Assembly: GCA_963836075.1 (NCBI GenBank)
Contig: CAWIIB010000009.1
Location: forward strand, 800,001-864,000
Length of the DNA stretch: 64,000 nt
Direction: 5' to 3'
DNA from: an uncultured Acidobacteriota bacterium
Lineage (GTDB): Bacteria > Acidobacteriota > JAQAZP01
How positions within the stretch are numbered: the first letter of the stretch is position 1; every line of letters begins with the position of its first letter. Positions 62,507 to 64,000 of the stretch are shown here, piece by piece. Under the pieces are notes generated by a model. The model did not search any database. It saw only the letters and a list, made by a program, of their open reading frames with translations, and was not told where the DNA came from. Made by a program: the position numbers and the translations under genes.

Positions 62507-63547
62507 TCATTTAATTCCGAGGCGTTTCTGGAGGCGGGCCTGGTATTCGGCGAGGAGGGCGATTGAGCCGGGTGGCGAAAAGTCGTCCAGGGCCGCGGGG
62601 TCCTCCTCCAGCAGGCGTTTGACGGAGTCGAGCATCTTCAGCTGCCGCGGGCTGAGCCAGCGGCTCGGGTTTTCTTCCAGCCGGATGTCGGCGTTGATCT
62701 TTGCCGCCTGCATGGGGGTCAGGGGCAGGCGGGCCATGGGCGTCCGCTTGAGTGCGTATTTCACCTGATCGTCATCCACCATCCGGGCCCGCTCCGGGGC
62801 CGGTTTGGCACGGTCGCCAACCACTTTGCGGGCCTGGTCCAGGTCATCGGCAGTATGGGCGTAAACCGCACTGGCACAGTCCATCTTCTGTGCCGAACGT
62901 ACCAGCGCGTCCAGGCCGAGCACCTGGGGATCGTAGACCACCTCCACCACCTCGTCCTGGTCCATCATCCCCGAGCGGGTGGCCAGCACGCCGTCGAGGT
63001 TTCCCAGCTTTGCCTCGCCCTCCCAGAAGCAGAACATGGCCAGCGAGATCATCCGCCGCCCTTCAGCCCCGTTCTCTTCCGCGACGAGACGCAGCCACCG
63101 CGGCACCCGGCCATTCCCGGCCTCCACGGCCCGGACCATCATCAGCGCCAGCTGGCCCGGGGTTTCCACCGCGTCCGCCGGTGGCACCAGGTCGCGCTCC
63201 CGAGCATCGAAGATCCGGCAGTCCTCGCCGTCCCTTGCCGAACCCGCCGGAAGGAGCAGGGGGATGAACAGATCCTCGGCGGCCTCGGCCATCAACGGCT
63301 GGGCGGTGAGGCCTCCGGCACCCCCGTCACGATAGAGGGCGAGCACCGGGCGGCCGTTCTCTGCCGCGAGGGCAAGCGCCTCTTGCAGATCGTTGCCCCA
63401 GCGGGCGAGGTCCGGGCCGGTTGCCTGGTGGTCAAGATCCAGGGGATAGGTGTCGGGAAGGTTGGCCGTATCGGTGCTCGAGCAGGCGGCCGTCCCAAGG
63501 GCCAGACAGATCATCATGAGCCGGAAAAACGTCTTTCGCTTGTTCAT
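62507..63547 (-). CDS. Lipoprotein with degenerate thioredoxin-like domain and MsrA-like domain
   Basis: Lipobox TAAC; RWGNDLQEAL...RPVL; MFCFWEGE..LDGVLATRSG...EVVEVVYDP. Confidence 0.72.
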   Translation of the reverse strand: MNKRKTFFRLMMICLALGTAACSSTDTANLPDTYPLDLDHQATGPDLARWGNDLQEALALAAENGRPVLALYRDGGAGGLTAQPLMAEAAEDLFIPLLLPAGSARDGEDCRIFDARERDLVPPADAVETPGQLALMMVRAVEAGNGRVPRWLRLVAEENGAEGRRMISLAMFCFWEGEAKLGNLDGVLATRSGMMDQDEVVEVVYDPQVLGLDALVRSAQKMDCASAVYAHTADDLDQARKVVGDRAKPAPERARMVDDDQVKYALKRTPMARLPLTPMQAAKINADIRLEENPSRWLSPRQLKMLDSVKRLLEEDPAALDDFSPPGSIALLAEYQARLQKRLGIK

Positions 63548-63701
63548 CGGTGGCGCCTCCGGGGCCGGCAAGGGGTCCCGTTGTTGTCTGGAGTTGGCAT
63601 CTACGGATATTCTGCCATAATCTGGAGTTGAATCGATGTCTAATTTTGAATAATAACCGAATCTTCCCCGTATCCCTTCAAGCAATATGGAGACGCCACG
63701 A

Positions 63702-64000
63702 ATGTATCGCACACTGCTGGTCATCCTGCTCCTCGCCGCACTTTCAGCCTGTAAAACGCCACCCCCCGTCCCGAACCCGTCCGAGCCGCCGGCGCCGGCT
63801 GCCGTGACCGTGGCGCCGGAGGCATCCGAAGTGTCCCCGGTGACCATGGAGCCGGTATATGACCTGGTGGCCGAGGAGGTGACCTTCGACGCAGCGGGCA
63901 CCACGGTTCACGGCACCCTGACCAGGCCCGCCGGTGCCGGCCCGTTTCCCGCCCTGCTGCTCATCGCCGGCAGCGGGCCCACCGACCGGGACTGGAACAG
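63702..64000 (+). CDS. Alpha/beta hydrolase lipoprotein, N-terminal part (runs off window)
   Basis: Manual translation MYRTLLVILLLAALSAC...EEVTF...HGTLTRP...FPALLLIAGSGPTDRDWN. Confidence 0.8.
   Translation, partial: MYRTLLVILLLAALSACKTPPPVPNPSEPPAPAAVTVAPEASEVSPVTMEPVYDLVAEEVTFDAAGTTVHGTLTRPAGAGPFPALLLIAGSGPTDRDWN

Overview
A 64 kb GC-rich bacterial window, apparently from an anaerobe, with about 50 genes. No rRNA, tRNA, CRISPR array, integrase, transposase or reverse transcriptase was recognised. From left to right it holds: (i) a minus-strand redox and signalling block with a sensor kinase, a NuoE/NuoF/GltD-Fdh-fusion complex of StnABC-like architecture and a response regulator; (ii) an AT-rich patch with nadE and an attC-flanked cassette-like ORF; (iii) a sigma54-promoter operon with a Cys-rich protein, a glutamate-type dehydrogenase and two PEP-synthase-like ATP-grasp proteins, one fused to a nucleotidyltransferase; (iv) redoxins and an ArsR plus MacAB-type exporter operon; (v) a second attC-flanked cassette pair; (vi) an OrpR-like sigma54 activator and an Orange-protein (ORP)-like operon, separated by inserted genes; (vii) a run of secreted proteins, five of which across the window end in the same ~330-aa DxDGDG/GPGPG repeat module. 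The most notable non-gene signals are displaced copies of the 3' ends of resident genes flanking inserted genes (three scars at two loci), integrase-less attC cassettes sharing an upstream motif, and a family of GG(G/T)GAC-ended palindromes. Several single-base frameshifts in otherwise intact genes suggest assembly indel errors.
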